Counted from the stretch's first letter, positions 1 through 13,682 are shown. The stretch is DNA of 64,000 bases from an uncultured SAR86 cluster bacterium (GCA_902579195.1 CACHFV010000001.1:9089-73088); one strand, 5' to 3'. The notes: generated from the letters alone by a model not told the origin. A program made the numbers and translations.

Positions 1-177
1 TTGGTGCCCAAGAGGGTTGTGGGGCTTGCTGTAGAGAGAAATAATTTAAGAAGAAGAGTAAAAGAAATGTTTAGAAAAAATATTTCTCGGCCTCATGGTG
101 GTAATTTTTTGGTAAAATTTAACAGCGTTCCAGCTTCTTTTGATGTTGAGTTGGAGAAATATTTTAAAAATGTTTAA
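1..177 (+). CDS. rnpA: RNase P protein component, C-terminal fragment (start lies upstream of window)
   Basis: Frame 1 is open from base 1 to TAA 175-177. Translation LVPKRVVGLAVERNNLRRRVKEMFRKN... fits the conserved RnpA basic core (AV-x-RN-x-x-(K/R)R-x-x-(K/R)E-x-FR). It immediately precedes yidC as in most bacteria. Absent from the ORF track because it has no start. Confidence 0.7.
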   Translation: MVPKRVVGLAVERNNLRRRVKEMFRKNISRPHGGNFLVKFNSVPASFDVELEKYFKNV

Positions 178-1678
178 TCCGAGACTATTTTTTGCAGGCA
201 GCACTTTGTTGTTGTTGTTGTTTTTAATATTTGAGTGGAATACCGAAGACAAAAAACAAAAACTGGAGAGATCTGTTGAGCTTCAATCAGACTTTATACC
301 CACTGACACGGTAAACATTAAAAACAAGAACCTTGATCTCTATATTGACCTTAATGATGGTTCTCTAAGAAAGGCGTATGTTTTAGAAAAACAAGAAAGA
401 GGTGGTCTTTTTAAAACAAGGTTGATGTCAGATGACGAATCTTTAAGGTTTTATTTTAAAAGCTCTGTGTCGGGTTTTGCCAATAACTCACCTTTTGTTG
501 TAGAAAATTTTTCAGATGACTATTTAAAAATCTCAGCAGATGACGCATCTGGAAACACGCTTACAAAAACCTATTATTTTGAAGACAAGCACATCTTGTT
601 TGTGGAAGATAGGCTTGATTTAAGCACTGCCACTTTTGGCACTGTGCCTTTTTTTAAAACCTTTTATAGAGAAAATAAAAAATCAATCGATTATGGGGTG
701 TCATTTTCAAGAGACCACCTTGCATACAGCACATCAGAGGATGTGTTTAATGATGAACAACTATCGTCTGTAAGCAAAAGAGAGGATTATCTTGGTCATT
801 GGGTTGGATATTCTCAGAAACATTTTGTAGTTGCTGTTTTTAATGATGAGGAGCAACAAAAATTATCCCTCTACCCAGTGGATAGAAATGGGTTGTATCG
901 GTTTGGGCTTACAGAAGACCCTGTAATTGAAAACGGGCAACTAGTTTCTCAAACAAAAATTTACATCGGACCAAAACAAAAAGATATTTTAGAGGTGGTA
1001 GCTCCTCATTTTAAATATAACTTAGATTTGGGTTTTGTTTATGGTATTGGAGAGTGGTTTATTGTTCTTTTAAACTTCTTTTATGGTTGGGTTGGCAATT
1101 GGGGTGTAGCGATAATTTTATTAACCGTTCTTTTTAAGGCTGTTTTGTCTCCTCTTCAAATCATGCAAATAAACTCAATGGTTAAGATGAGAAGGCTGCA
1201 ACCAAAACTACAAGAAATTCAAGAAAGACACAAAAACGATAGACAGAAACTTAGTATGGAAATGATGCAGCTCTATTCGAAAGAAAAATTTAATCCATTT
1301 GCTGGGTGTTTTCCAATGATCCCCCAAATACCAATCTTTTTAGCTATGTTTTGGGTAACAAGGGAGGCTTTTGAGTTTAGGGGTGAATCGTTTTTATGGA
1401 TCCCTGATCTTGCAGAGTCAGACCCTTTCCTTATCACCCCTATTTTAATGGGTGTGATGATGTATTTGTCACAGAAAATGATGCCGAAACCCCCACAGTC
1501 TTCTCAAGGGATGCAGGCGCAAATTGCACAACAAATGATGGTGGTTTTCCCGCCTATGATCACACTTATATTTTTGTTTATGCCGGCTGGTGTGGTGATT
1601 TATTCTGTTATAAATATGGCGCTATCAATCATTCCCCAAGTCTTAATACTTGGGCGCGCAGAAAATACAAGTGGCTGA
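170..1678 (+). CDS. yidC: membrane protein insertase YidC
   Basis: Track ORF 140-1678. ATG 170 gives the MFNPRLFFAGSTLLLLLF signal-anchor and overlaps the rnpA stop. The C-terminal insertase core (VLSPLQIMQINSMVKMRRLQPKLQEIQERHKNDRQKLSMEMMQLY, GCFPMIPQIPIF) is typical of YidC. Confidence 0.93.
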   Translation: MFNPRLFFAGSTLLLLLFLIFEWNTEDKKQKLERSVELQSDFIPTDTVNIKNKNLDLYIDLNDGSLRKAYVLEKQERGGLFKTRLMSDDESLRFYFKSSVSGFANNSPFVVENFSDDYLKISADDASGNTLTKTYYFEDKHILFVEDRLDLSTATFGTVPFFKTFYRENKKSIDYGVSFSRDHLAYSTSEDVFNDEQLSSVSKREDYLGHWVGYSQKHFVVAVFNDEEQQKLSLYPVDRNGLYRFGLTEDPVIENGQLVSQTKIYIGPKQKDILEVVAPHFKYNLDLGFVYGIGEWFIVLLNFFYGWVGNWGVAIILLTVLFKAVLSPLQIMQINSMVKMRRLQPKLQEIQERHKNDRQKLSMEMMQLYSKEKFNPFAGCFPMIPQIPIFLAMFWVTREAFEFRGESFLWIPDLAESDPFLITPILMGVMMYLSQKMMPKPPQSSQGMQAQIAQQMMVVFPPMITLIFLFMPAGVVIYSVINMALSIIPQVLILGRAENTSG

Positions 1679-2942
1679 TTCAATATACGCTCTAGGAACC
1701 CCTATTGGCCGTTCTGCTGTAGCTGTAATAAGGGTCTCTGGCAGTGGTTTTTCAAAAGATTTTATAAAATTTTTAAACATCCCTGTTGGGAAAAAGGGGT
1801 CTTGGTTGCGGTCTTTAGATCTTGGTGATTTTTCTGATCATTGTCTAGTTTTAAACTTTCCTGGTTCAAATTCATACACAGGCGAACATGTTGTAGAAAT
1901 TCATTGTCACGGAAATCCATTAATAGTGTCTCGGTTGTTGTTGGTTTTAAATAAGTTGGGTCTTAGGGAGGCTGAAAAAGGAGAGTTCACAAGAAGAGCA
2001 TTTGTTAATAATAAAATGTCGTTGACAGATGCTGAGTCTGTTATGACTGGTATTCAGGCTGGATCCGTTCAGGAGCTTGCTGCTCTTGAAGATTTTAGAA
2101 GCGGTCTTCTGGGCAAAAAGCTGTCTGACTTAACAGAAAAAATTACAGAGGTTCTTGCAACGATAGAGTCCCAGTTAGATTTTTCAGATGAAGAAGATGT
2201 GAGCGACCTTTCAATTGATAAATCTAAGAAAATGGTTGGATCTTTAAGTGCTTCCGTTGAAAGTTTGTTGAAAAACTACCATCCTTATAGCGCTGAATCT
2301 AAAAAGAAAACTGTTGTTTTGTACGGTGAACCCAATGTAGGAAAGTCGTCTCTTTTTAATGCTCTTTTGGGTGAGGGTGTGGCAATTGTTTCATCAACAC
2401 CAGGAACAACAAGAGATGTGGTTAGAAAAAGGGTGTTTATTGATGGTATAGATATTGAACTGGAAGATACCGCCGGCTTAAGATCTCAAACATCTTCTGA
2501 TATAGAAGATATGGGGATTGAAATGGCAAAGAGTGCGGTTAGAGATGCAGATCTGGTTGTTTATGTTTTTGATAACCCCGAAAAGGTTAGCAACAAGACT
2601 GACGGGGTGGTTGTTTTAAACAAGACAGACAGACATAAAAGTAAATTAAAGGGTGTTTATTGTGTGTCTGCCAAAACAGGTGAAGGCATTGAAGATCTTT
2701 CAAACGCTATTGGAAAAGCGGTTAGAGATGATTTTGACAGTGCTCTTATATCTGAAAGGATTTATAGGGGTTTATCGGGTGTTGTGGTTTTGCTTAAAAA
2801 CTCTGGAGTTGCATCAGATTATTACGAACAAACATCACAAAACCTTAGAGATAGCCTTGTTTTATTGGAAGAGATTAACGGTACTTTTGATAATGAGGAT
2901 GTTTTGGACCAAATATTTAATAAGTTCTGTATAGGGAAATAG
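1671..2942 (+). CDS. mnmE: tRNA modification GTPase MnmE
   Basis: Track ORF 1650-2942. The likely start is GTG 1671 (VADSIYALGTP...), overlapping the yidC stop. G1 motif GEPNVGKSSLFNAL, DTAG, NKTD, and the family-typical C-terminal CIGK. Confidence 0.93.
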   Translation: MADSIYALGTPIGRSAVAVIRVSGSGFSKDFIKFLNIPVGKKGSWLRSLDLGDFSDHCLVLNFPGSNSYTGEHVVEIHCHGNPLIVSRLLLVLNKLGLREAEKGEFTRRAFVNNKMSLTDAESVMTGIQAGSVQELAALEDFRSGLLGKKLSDLTEKITEVLATIESQLDFSDEEDVSDLSIDKSKKMVGSLSASVESLLKNYHPYSAESKKKTVVLYGEPNVGKSSLFNALLGEGVAIVSSTPGTTRDVVRKRVFIDGIDIELEDTAGLRSQTSSDIEDMGIEMAKSAVRDADLVVYVFDNPEKVSNKTDGVVVLNKTDRHKSKLKGVYCVSAKTGEGIEDLSNAIGKAVRDDFDSALISERIYRGLSGVVVLLKNSGVASDYYEQTSQNLRDSLVLLEEINGTFDNEDVLDQIFNKFCIGK

Positions 2943-3045
2943 TTTTGCTGTTTATTAAGTGTTGATAAATATTTATTAACATCTTGTGAACATTAAAAAC
3001 ATTGTAAATCAAAAGGATACCAACAATGATTACTCATGGTTTTGT

Positions 3046-3075
3046 TTGGCTGAGGCCCTTATAAAACGCTATAAT
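3046..3075 (+). promoter_or_regulatory. candidate sigma70 promoter for mnmG
   Basis: TTGGCT (3046-3051), an 18-nt spacer, then a perfect TATAAT (3070-3075), ~50 nt upstream of the mnmG ATG. Pattern match by eye only. Confidence 0.3.
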
Positions 3076-3126
3076 CACGACTTATTAACAGAAAACTAAA
3101 CACTTAATAAAAACAATAAAAAAAAG

Positions 3127-4941
3127 ATGACATATATATATGATTTAATAGTAATAGGGGGTGGGCATGCAGGTGTTGAAGCAACTTTGGTTGGAAAACG
3201 CTTTGGTTTAGATGTTGCCTTAATTACTTTAGACAAAGACAAATCAGGAAGGATGTCTTGCAACCCGGCCATTGGAGGGATTGGGAAAACGCACTTAGCT
3301 AAAGAGATTGATGCTTTGGGTGGGTATATGGCAGAAGCAACAGATTTAGCAGGCATACAGTTCAAAACACTCAATAAGAAAAAAGGGCCCGCTGTTCAAG
3401 CAACCAGAGCACAAACTGACAAAGAAATATACGAAAAAACGGTACAAAGCAAACTGACAAAAGAAGGAATTACTGTAATAGAGGATGAAATTAAAGATTT
3501 TTTATTTGAAAAAGGCCAAATCCTTTCAGCGGTTGGAGCTAAAGAAGAGTACAAAGCAAAAGCATACGTGTTAACAACAGGCACCTTTTTAAATGGCTCG
3601 ATCTTAATAGGTGACAATAAACAGGAAGGTGGCAGAATTGATGAAGACAAATCAGCAGGACTGGAAAAGTTTTTTACAAACCTAAACATCACTACTGGTA
3701 GGCTCAAAACAGGCACCCCTCCAAGACTTTCGAGCAAAACAATCAATTATGACAAACTTGAAATTCAACCAGGGGATGAAAAAGAAACCTACATGTCGTA
3801 TTTGGGGCAAAAAAACCAACACCCAAGACAAGTCTCATGTCACATCACAAAAACAAACCCAACAACACACAAAATTATTGAAAACAACATAAAAAGATCA
3901 GCCATGTATTCAGGCCTGATCAGCGGAGTTGGGCCCAGATATTGCCCCTCAATAGAGGATAAAATAACCAGGTTTTCCGGCAAAGAGAGCCACCAAATAT
4001 TTGTTGAACCTGAAGGCCTTAACACAGACTGGGTATACCCAAACGGGATATCCACAAGCCTGCCAAAAGATACACAGGAAGAATACATAAGATCAATAAT
4101 AGGTTTTGAGCAGGCGAAAATTCATCAATACGGATACGCCGTGGAGTACGACTACATCGACCCAAGAAATTTAGACAAAACCCTGCTACTAAAAAACACA
4201 AAAAACCTTTTTTTGGCGGGGCAAATAAACGGCACCACAGGCTATGAGGAGGCAGGAGCTCAGGGCATTGTTGCGGGGATTAATGCAGCCCTTTTTACAA
4301 AGCACGAAGCCCCGTGGATTCCCCAAAGACAAACAAGCTACTTAGGTGTGTTGGTAGATGATCTCACCAGGTTTGGTGTTAGCGAGCCCTATAGAATGTT
4401 CACATCAAGAGCAGAGCACCGATTAATATTGCGCCAAGACAACGCTGACCAAAGAATGTTCGAGACAGCGACTAAATACAACATCATATCTGAGGAAAGG
4501 AAAGAAATATTTTTAGAAAAAGAAGCACAAAAGAAAAAAATAAAGAAAACACTAGACACCACCAAGATAAAAATTGGAGACAAAACTAAAACAGCAACAG
4601 ATCTTTGCAAAAGAAACGACTATAGCGAAAAAGATGTCGGAGAGATTGTAAAACTTTCCGGCCAAAAGTTTCTCGAAACATATTACGACATAAGGTATTC
4701 AGGATATGTTGTAAAACAACAAAGGGAGCTTGAAAAAATGAAAAACCTAGAAGAGTTTGAGTTAGGGTTAATATTTGATTATAAAGAGGTGGTGGGCTTA
4801 TCTGGAGAGCTTCAAGAAAAGCTAAACAAAAACAAACCCAAAAACTTACACGAAGCATCATTGCTTGAGGGCATAACACCAGCGGCCCTGAATGTTTTAA
4901 CAATCCATTTGAAAAAAATCGATGCAATTAGAGCTAACTAA
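3127..4941 (+). CDS. mnmG: tRNA uridine 5-carboxymethylaminomethyl modification enzyme MnmG (GidA)
   Basis: 604 aa. N-terminal FAD fold YDLIVIGGGHAGVEA; conserved CNPAIGG, GPRYCPSIEDK and GQINGTTGYEEAGAQG blocks. Confidence 0.97.
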   Translation: MTYIYDLIVIGGGHAGVEATLVGKRFGLDVALITLDKDKSGRMSCNPAIGGIGKTHLAKEIDALGGYMAEATDLAGIQFKTLNKKKGPAVQATRAQTDKEIYEKTVQSKLTKEGITVIEDEIKDFLFEKGQILSAVGAKEEYKAKAYVLTTGTFLNGSILIGDNKQEGGRIDEDKSAGLEKFFTNLNITTGRLKTGTPPRLSSKTINYDKLEIQPGDEKETYMSYLGQKNQHPRQVSCHITKTNPTTHKIIENNIKRSAMYSGLISGVGPRYCPSIEDKITRFSGKESHQIFVEPEGLNTDWVYPNGISTSLPKDTQEEYIRSIIGFEQAKIHQYGYAVEYDYIDPRNLDKTLLLKNTKNLFLAGQINGTTGYEEAGAQGIVAGINAALFTKHEAPWIPQRQTSYLGVLVDDLTRFGVSEPYRMFTSRAEHRLILRQDNADQRMFETATKYNIISEERKEIFLEKEAQKKKIKKTLDTTKIKIGDKTKTATDLCKRNDYSEKDVGEIVKLSGQKFLETYYDIRYSGYVVKQQRELEKMKNLEEFELGLIFDYKEVVGLSGELQEKLNKNKPKNLHEASLLEGITPAALNVLTIHLKKIDAIRAN

Positions 4942-5509
4942 AACACAAGAAAAAAACCTTAAAGCGCTCGCGCAACAAATAATCGACCGCAATACCCAAC
5001 ACAACCTTACTGGATATAAAAATATAGAGAAGCTATACAAAGAACAGATCGTCGACTGCGTCAAAGCGCTTCATGCTTGCAAAACAGGGCTAGAAAAAAC
5101 AGTGGTTGATTGCGGCTCGGGTGCAGGCCTTCCAGGGTTGGTGTGGGGGGTGTTGGATAGTTCTCTAAACATAGTGACCATTGATAACAACCTTAAAAAA
5201 ATAAATTTCCAAAAAAAAGCAATAAAAACCCTACAACTAAACAACATAAAACCAATTCATACTAGAACCGAAGATCACTCAGAGCAAAAGAAACACACCA
5301 TCGTGACCAAAGCATTTAGCTCAGTTAAAAAAACAATAGAGGCCAACAAAAACAAAAAAAACAAAAAAAACCTAATGTTAATTAAAAAGGACAACGAAAA
5401 AACACACCAAGAGTTATTGGACGCAGCCCCTTTGATATATGATTACAAGAGACACACCTATTCTCACAACAAAGAAAGTATGGTGGTCTTAGAAATTTAT
5501 GACAGTTAA
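4922..5509 (+). CDS. rsmG: 16S rRNA (guanine527-N7)-methyltransferase RsmG (GidB)
   Basis: 195 aa. SAM-binding [13 protein letters not shown] motif and the position after mnmG. Carries a Lys/Asn-rich insertion (NKNKKNKKN). Confidence 0.85.
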   Translation: MQLELTKTQEKNLKALAQQIIDRNTQHNLTGYKNIEKLYKEQIVDCVKALHACKTGLEKTVVDCGSGAGLPGLVWGVLDSSLNIVTIDNNLKKINFQKKAIKTLQLNNIKPIHTRTEDHSEQKKHTIVTKAFSSVKKTIEANKNKKNKKNLMLIKKDNEKTHQELLDAAPLIYDYKRHTYSHNKESMVVLEIYDS

Positions 5510-6281
5510 AATTGCCATTACAAACCAAAAAGGAGGTGTTGGAAAAACCACAACAGCAGTTAATCTTGCTGCCTCTCTCGCAAAAGCAAAAAGAAAAGTT
5601 CTGCTTATTGATATAGATCCACAAGGTAACGCAACATCTGCAGCCGGAGCTGACAAACACTCCGAAGCATCTTTATATGAGTATTTCGAAAATAAAGACG
5701 ATATTAAAGAATACATTCTGGAAGCCACAGGAGATTATAAAATAATTCCATCCAACACCAACCTAGTTGCAACAGAAAAAATTATTGAAAAAACCCCAAA
5801 CAGAGAAAAATTCTTCTCTAATAATTTAAAAAAAATTGAGAAAGGGTTTGATTATATAATCATTGATTGTCCGCCAGCCTTAAACCTGCTAACAATTAAT
5901 GCTATGGAGTATTGTAAAAACGTAATGGTTCCTGTTCAGTGTGAGTATTACGCCCTCGAAGGACTGGTGACCTTAAAACAAACAATTAAAGAGCTCAACC
6001 ACGCCCTCAAACTAAACATCAAAATAGTTGCCATTCTCAGAACAATGGCTGATTGGAGAAACAGGCTTACTAGAGAGGTATCAGACCAACTTGAAATACA
6101 CTTTAAAAAAGAAGTTTTAAATACAATTATTCCAAGAAACGTAAGGCTTGCCGAAGCACCAAGTTATGGCCAATCTATAGTTGATTATGATATAAAGTCT
6201 ATTGGAGCAGAAGCATTCCTAAGTCTCTCAGGTGAATTTATAAGGAAATTTGAAAATGCCAAAAAAAACATCTCTAAATAA
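5499..6281 (+). CDS. parA: chromosome partitioning ATPase ParA/Soj
   Basis: Deviant Walker [17 protein letters not shown] and the IIDCPP block; followed by parB. Confidence 0.94.
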   Translation: MTVKIAITNQKGGVGKTTTAVNLAASLAKAKRKVLLIDIDPQGNATSAAGADKHSEASLYEYFENKDDIKEYILEATGDYKIIPSNTNLVATEKIIEKTPNREKFFSNNLKKIEKGFDYIIIDCPPALNLLTINAMEYCKNVMVPVQCEYYALEGLVTLKQTIKELNHALKLNIKIVAILRTMADWRNRLTREVSDQLEIHFKKEVLNTIIPRNVRLAEAPSYGQSIVDYDIKSIGAEAFLSLSGEFIRKFENAKKNISK

Positions 6282-7131
6282 AGGTCTTCAAGCACTTTTG
6301 GGTGACGTTGCTTCTCCAAAAACAACAAAAACAAAAACAAAAACAACAACAAAAAAGCCAACAACAGAAGCAAAAGACAAAAACGAAATTGCCCTCAACC
6401 AAATTAAAACAAACCAATACCAACCACGGCTTTCGTTTGATGAGAAAAAGCTGCAAGAGCTTGCAGAATCTATAAAAAAACACGGCGTGGTACAACCTAT
6501 ATTGGTTAGGGAGGCCGATAAAGGATACGAACTAATAGCTGGTGAAAGAAGAATGAGAGCGTCTAAGCTTGCAGGCCTAAAAAAAATACCAGCAGTTATT
6601 GCAAAAGTTTCAAACACCCAGTCTCTTGAAATAGCAATTTTAGAAAACGTACAAAGAGAAGACCTAAACCCATTAGAAGTTTCAAAAGGCTACCAAAGGC
6701 TAAAGAATGAGTTTGGTTACACCCAAGAACAGGTTGCAAAAAGCGTTGGAAAACCAAGAAGCTCTATTGCCAACTCATTAAGACTACTTTCTTTATCACC
6801 AAAAGCTCAAACGGAACTTGAAAGGGGAACAATTTCTGAGGGACATGCAAAAGTTCTTCTAGGAACCGATCCAGCCAAAGCAGAAGCGCTACTTCAAAGA
6901 ATACTTGCTGAAAAGCTTTCTGTAAGGGATTTAGAGAAACTGTCCCAACCCACCAAAACCACTTATAACAAAACCCAAAAAACACGAGACGAGCTTAATT
7001 TAGAATCAGCATTGAGCTCAAAATTGGGATCAAAAGTTACAATTGAAGACCAGGAAGGCAAAGGTAAAATGGTCATCAAATATTATTCTTATGATGAGTT
7101 GGATGGAATCATTGAGAAATTTTCCAACTAA
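6256..7131 (+). CDS. parB: chromosome partitioning protein ParB/Spo0J
   Basis: Track ORF 6250 (TTG); ATG 6256 is more likely. ParB box [12 protein letters not shown] and an HTH ([24 protein letters not shown]). Low-complexity K/T-rich N-terminal linker. Confidence 0.93.
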   Translation: MPKKTSLNKGLQALLGDVASPKTTKTKTKTTTKKPTTEAKDKNEIALNQIKTNQYQPRLSFDEKKLQELAESIKKHGVVQPILVREADKGYELIAGERRMRASKLAGLKKIPAVIAKVSNTQSLEIAILENVQREDLNPLEVSKGYQRLKNEFGYTQEQVAKSVGKPRSSIANSLRLLSLSPKAQTELERGTISEGHAKVLLGTDPAKAEALLQRILAEKLSVRDLEKLSQPTKTTYNKTQKTRDELNLESALSSKLGSKVTIEDQEGKGKMVIKYYSYDELDGIIEKFSN

Positions 7132-7173
7132 GACTACAAAGAAAGCTAAAATTAAATTAAAATACCCGCACCT

Positions 7174-8172
7174 ATGGCATCTGAGAGTTCAGGACGTACA
7201 TTTCAAGAATATTTAGAACACCACTTACAAAATTTGGTGTTTGGGCCCCTGCCTGAAGGGCATGAAAGAAAGTTTTATTCCAAAGGTGAAACTGCTTCTG
7301 AAAAAGAAATTTACTGTCAAGATAAAAATATGGATTATGACGGTGAAAAGTACTGCAAAGAGACACTATCACAAGATGGTTGGTACTTAGCCAACAACAA
7401 AACAGACATTGAAGCAATGGGTTTTTGGGCGTTCCACATTGACACACTCTTCTTCTCAGTTCTTTTGGGTGGAATTTTTCTATTTATATTTGCCGGAGCT
7501 GCCAAAAACTTTTCACTATACAAACCAGGCAAATTACAACTATTCATCGAGATGATGATTGATTTTATTAATGGGGTTGTAAAAGGAACCTTTAAAGCAG
7601 CAACAAATACCCTTATCGCACCAATGGCTCTAACAATATTTTTCTGGGTACTGTTAATGAATGTTATGGATCTGGTTCCTGTTGACCTAATACCATATCC
7701 AGCTGAAATGCTTGGCATACCTTATTTAAAAGTAGTGCCAACAACAGACCTTAATCTAACAGCAGCACTAGCACTATCAGTCTTTATTTTATATTTAATC
7801 TTCAGCATCAAATCAAAAGGGTTTGTAGGGTTTATAAAATCTATATCTCTACATCCGTTTGGGCCATGGATGTTGCCTGCAAATTTGTTTATCGAAATAA
7901 TAGACCTAATTGCCAAACCGCTTTCATTGGCACTTCGGCTATATGGAAACTTATATGCGGGAGAGATGATATTCTTGTTAATTGCTGGAATGGTTTCAAT
8001 TAATCTTGCAGAATTAACATTTACAGGCATAGGTTTAAATCTAGCGGGGATAACGCTAAGTTTAATTTGGGCAATATTTCATATTCTTATAGTTGTGCTG
8101 CAAGCATTTATCTTTATGATGCTTACAGTCGTTTATATGAATATGGCACACGAAAAATTCGAACAACATTAA
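7174..8172 (+). CDS. atpB: F0F1 ATP synthase subunit a
   Basis: N-terminal MASE...HHLQNL and C-terminal LRLYGNLYAGE...FHILIVVLQAFIFMMLTVVY blocks match subunit a. 332 aa, about 60 aa longer than the E. coli protein as I recall it. Confidence 0.95.
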   Translation: MASESSGRTFQEYLEHHLQNLVFGPLPEGHERKFYSKGETASEKEIYCQDKNMDYDGEKYCKETLSQDGWYLANNKTDIEAMGFWAFHIDTLFFSVLLGGIFLFIFAGAAKNFSLYKPGKLQLFIEMMIDFINGVVKGTFKAATNTLIAPMALTIFFWVLLMNVMDLVPVDLIPYPAEMLGIPYLKVVPTTDLNLTAALALSVFILYLIFSIKSKGFVGFIKSISLHPFGPWMLPANLFIEIIDLIAKPLSLALRLYGNLYAGEMIFLLIAGMVSINLAELTFTGIGLNLAGITLSLIWAIFHILIVVLQAFIFMMLTVVYMNMAHEKFEQH

Positions 8173-8185
8173 GGAGGTTGTGAAT

Positions 8186-8416
8186 ATGGAAGTAGAAGCT
8201 GCAAAATTTATCGGAGCAGGATTAATGTTTGGTCTGGCTGCAATTGGTGCTGGTGTGGGTGCAGGAGTACTCAGTTCAAAGCTTATTGAATCAATTGCTA
8301 GACAACCAGAACTTGAAGATCAACTTAGGCCTACGTACTTTTTGGGTATTGGTCTTGTCGACGCGGTACCAATGATTTCTGTTGGTTTAGCGTTCTATGT
8401 ATTGTTTGTTGCGTAA
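8186..8416 (+). CDS. atpE: F0F1 ATP synthase subunit c
   Basis: Track ORF 8180 (GTG). ATG 8186 is better spaced from AAGGAGG (8171-8177). Hairpin proteolipid with ARQPE loop and GLVDAVPMI proton-binding helix. Confidence 0.93.
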   Translation: MEVEAAKFIGAGLMFGLAAIGAGVGAGVLSSKLIESIARQPELEDQLRPTYFLGIGLVDAVPMISVGLAFYVLFVA

Positions 8417-8419
8417 CTA

Positions 8420-8896
8420 ATGAATTTAAATGCTACTTTACTAGGACAAATGATAGCTTTCGGGCTATTTGTTTGGTTTTGTTGGAAGTTTGTATGGCCA
8501 CCTCTTTTGGCTGCTATGGAAGAAAGAGCACAAAAAATTGAACAGGGCCTAAAAGACTCTGAAGATAGTGCAAAAAAAATTCTAGAAGCTGAAGAAGAAA
8601 GCAAAAAAATGCTTATCAAGGCTAAAAACGAAGCAAAGAAAATAATGGATAACGCAAAAAGTCAGTCTGAAAAAATGGTTGAAGAGGCAAAAACCAAAGC
8701 CAGCGACGAAAAAGAAAGAATTGTTGGTTCTGCACAATCTGAGATTGAAAAAGAGGTTGTTAATGCCAAGAAAAACCTTGAAATAGACTTTGCTACAAGC
8801 GTTATGGCAGCAGTTAAGAAAATCGTTGCTAAAGAAGTATCTCTTAGCAATCACCAAGATACAGTCGATAAAAGTTTGGACGATTTTAGGAAATGA
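8420..8896 (+). CDS. atpF: F0F1 ATP synthase subunit b
   Basis: Single N-terminal TM ([22 protein letters not shown]) followed by a long charged coiled coil; operon position. Confidence 0.92.
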   Translation: MNLNATLLGQMIAFGLFVWFCWKFVWPPLLAAMEERAQKIEQGLKDSEDSAKKILEAEEESKKMLIKAKNEAKKIMDNAKSQSEKMVEEAKTKASDEKERIVGSAQSEIEKEVVNAKKNLEIDFATSVMAAVKKIVAKEVSLSNHQDTVDKSLDDFRK

Positions 8897-9411
8897 ATAA
8901 ATTGCTTGAGGTTTACTCTAAAGGTTTGTTTAACTCACTAACAAATGAGCAGGTTGGTGATGTTGTAGATCTTTTTCAAAACATAACTCTTTCAGACTCA
9001 AAAAAGGAACTGGGAGAGATGTTTAAAAATAGAACTATAAAAAAAGATGACAAAATTGCCGCAGCTTTAGAGCTTGTTGGTGAGGACACGAACTTACAAG
9101 CATTTATAAAAACACTCGCAACCAATGGCAGGTTAGACCTTATCCCAGAAGTTTTTGGGTTTTTTGTAGACTATGCCTCAAGAAGACAAAACAATGTGCC
9201 AGTGAAAGTAACAGTAAATGAAGAACCATCTGAAGAAGTAAAACAAAGGGTGTCATCCTTTGTGGCAACAAACATAAGCGGTTCTACACCAATCAAGTAC
9301 GAAATAAACAAATCCATGATGGGTGGGGTTGTTTTAAAGTACAAAGATAATGAAATAGACCTAAGTGTCGATAACAAATTAAACGGATTGAATTCAGTTT
9401 TAGTAAATTAA
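8893..9411 (+). CDS. atpH: F0F1 ATP synthase subunit delta
   Basis: 172 aa between atpF and atpA with an ATGA start/stop overlap. C-terminal [16 protein letters not shown] resembles the OSCP/delta signature. Confidence 0.88.
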   Translation: MNKLLEVYSKGLFNSLTNEQVGDVVDLFQNITLSDSKKELGEMFKNRTIKKDDKIAAALELVGEDTNLQAFIKTLATNGRLDLIPEVFGFFVDYASRRQNNVPVKVTVNEEPSEEVKQRVSSFVATNISGSTPIKYEINKSMMGGVVLKYKDNEIDLSVDNKLNGLNSVLVN

Positions 9412-9421
9412 AGGAGAAAAA

Positions 9422-10969
9422 ATGACAACAAAAATTAACCCTTCAGAAATATCCAGCATCGTAAAGAAAAAAATTGATGGATATAAAGGAGCTGCTACAG
9501 AAGCAAATGTGGGAGAAGTTCTCTCAACTGCTGATGGTATTGTGCAGATTTATGGGCTAGAAGATGCAATGTACGGCGAGCTTCTCGATTTTGGCGAAGG
9601 AACTTTAGGTATGGCTCTTAACCTTGAGACCGACTCGGTTGGAGCTGTGGTTCTTGGGGATGCTGCACACATCAAAGAGGGCCAGAAAGTCAAAACAACA
9701 GGAAGAATTCTTGAAGTTCCTGTTGGTGAGGGTTTAAAGGGTCGAGTAATTGACGCTTTGGGCAGGCCTATTGATGGCAAGGGCGAGGTAGTAGCTGAGA
9801 TGAATTCTCCGATTGAGGTTGTTGCTCCTGGTGTTATTGATAGACAATCAGTTGATCAGCCAGTTCAAACTGGTATCAAATCAATTGACGTTATGGTGCC
9901 TATTGGTAGAGGTCAAAGGGAGCTGATTATTGGAGACCGCCAAACAGGTAAAACCGCTATTGCAGTCGATGCAATTATCAGGCAGAAAGACTCAGGCATA
10001 ACTTGTGTTTATGTGGCAATTGGTCAAAAACAATCTACTGTTGCAACTGTTGTTAGGCAGCTTGAAGAAGCTGATGCTTTAAAGAACACAATAGTTGTTT
10101 CAGCAAGTGCCGCTGAAAGCGCGTCGCTACAATTTATTGCACCATATTCTGGTTGCACAATGGGCGAGTATTTTAGAGATAGAGGAGAAGATGCTCTAAT
10201 CATCTATGATGATCTCTCTAAACATGCGGTGGCTTATAGACAAATTTCATTACTTCTAAAAAGACCTCCAGGACGAGAGGCTTTTCCGGGAGATATTTTC
10301 TATCTGCACTCAAGATTGCTTGAGCGAGCAGCTAGGGTCAACCCTGATTATGTTGAAAGGTTTACAAACGGCAAAGTAAAAGGCAAAACAGGCTCACTTA
10401 CAGCTCTACCTATAATTGAAACTCAGGCAAGTGATGTTTCTGCCTTCATTCCAACAAATGTTATTTCAATTACAGATGGCCAAATCTTCCTTGAAACTGA
10501 TTTGTTCAACTCAGGCATTAGACCAGCTATTAACGTAGGTATTTCGGTATCAAGGGTTGGTGGTGCAGCTCAGACCAAAATAATCAAAAAACTTGGTGGT
10601 GGTGTTAAGTTAGCACTGGCCCAGTTTAGAGAGCTTGAGTCATTCTCACAATTTGCCTCTGATCTTGATGATGCAACAAAAGAGCAGCTAGAAAATGGTC
10701 AGCGCATTACAGAGCTATTTAAACAGACACAATTCTCACCGAGATCTGTTGCTTGTATTTCAATTGTTCTTTATGCCATTGAAAACAAGTACCTATCAAA
10801 CGTTGAGAAAGAAAAAATGCAGTCATTTGAAGAAAACTTAAGAACCCACCTAAAATCCAATTACGGAGATGTTTGGGAAGAAGTAAACAAAACAGGCGAC
10901 TGGAATGATGATCTTGATAAAAAATACAAAGAAATATTAGACACATTCATGAAGGAAGGTTCTTGGTAG
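9422..10969 (+). CDS. atpA: F0F1 ATP synthase subunit alpha
   Basis: Walker [10 protein letters not shown], plus the [32 protein letters not shown] block. Confidence 0.98.
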   Translation: MTTKINPSEISSIVKKKIDGYKGAATEANVGEVLSTADGIVQIYGLEDAMYGELLDFGEGTLGMALNLETDSVGAVVLGDAAHIKEGQKVKTTGRILEVPVGEGLKGRVIDALGRPIDGKGEVVAEMNSPIEVVAPGVIDRQSVDQPVQTGIKSIDVMVPIGRGQRELIIGDRQTGKTAIAVDAIIRQKDSGITCVYVAIGQKQSTVATVVRQLEEADALKNTIVVSASAAESASLQFIAPYSGCTMGEYFRDRGEDALIIYDDLSKHAVAYRQISLLLKRPPGREAFPGDIFYLHSRLLERAARVNPDYVERFTNGKVKGKTGSLTALPIIETQASDVSAFIPTNVISITDGQIFLETDLFNSGIRPAINVGISVSRVGGAAQTKIIKKLGGGVKLALAQFRELESFSQFASDLDDATKEQLENGQRITELFKQTQFSPRSVACISIVLYAIENKYLSNVEKEKMQSFEENLRTHLKSNYGDVWEEVNKTGDWNDDLDKKYKEILDTFMKEGSW

Positions 10970-13648
<2,679 letters not shown>

Positions 13649-13682
13649 TTTAAGTCCAAGAAAAAAACATTAAAATCTCTTA

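Noticed and set aside
1-25. The window starts with TGGTGCCCAAGAGG, similar to the 3' end of the tRNA-Phe gene as it reads on the + strand (TGGTGCCCAGAGGTGG at 60705). This could have been an att direct repeat bounding a large island.
   Set aside because: The match is short (~13 nt). It lies inside the rnpA reading frame, and the sequence between the two sites is core genome. Coincidence.
6317-6357. The (AAAAC/AACAA)n-like low-complexity run could be a simple-sequence repeat or contingency locus.
   Set aside because: It is in frame within parB and encodes a K/T-rich linker ([16 protein letters not shown]). It is not a perfect tandem repeat, so there is no evidence of phase variation.
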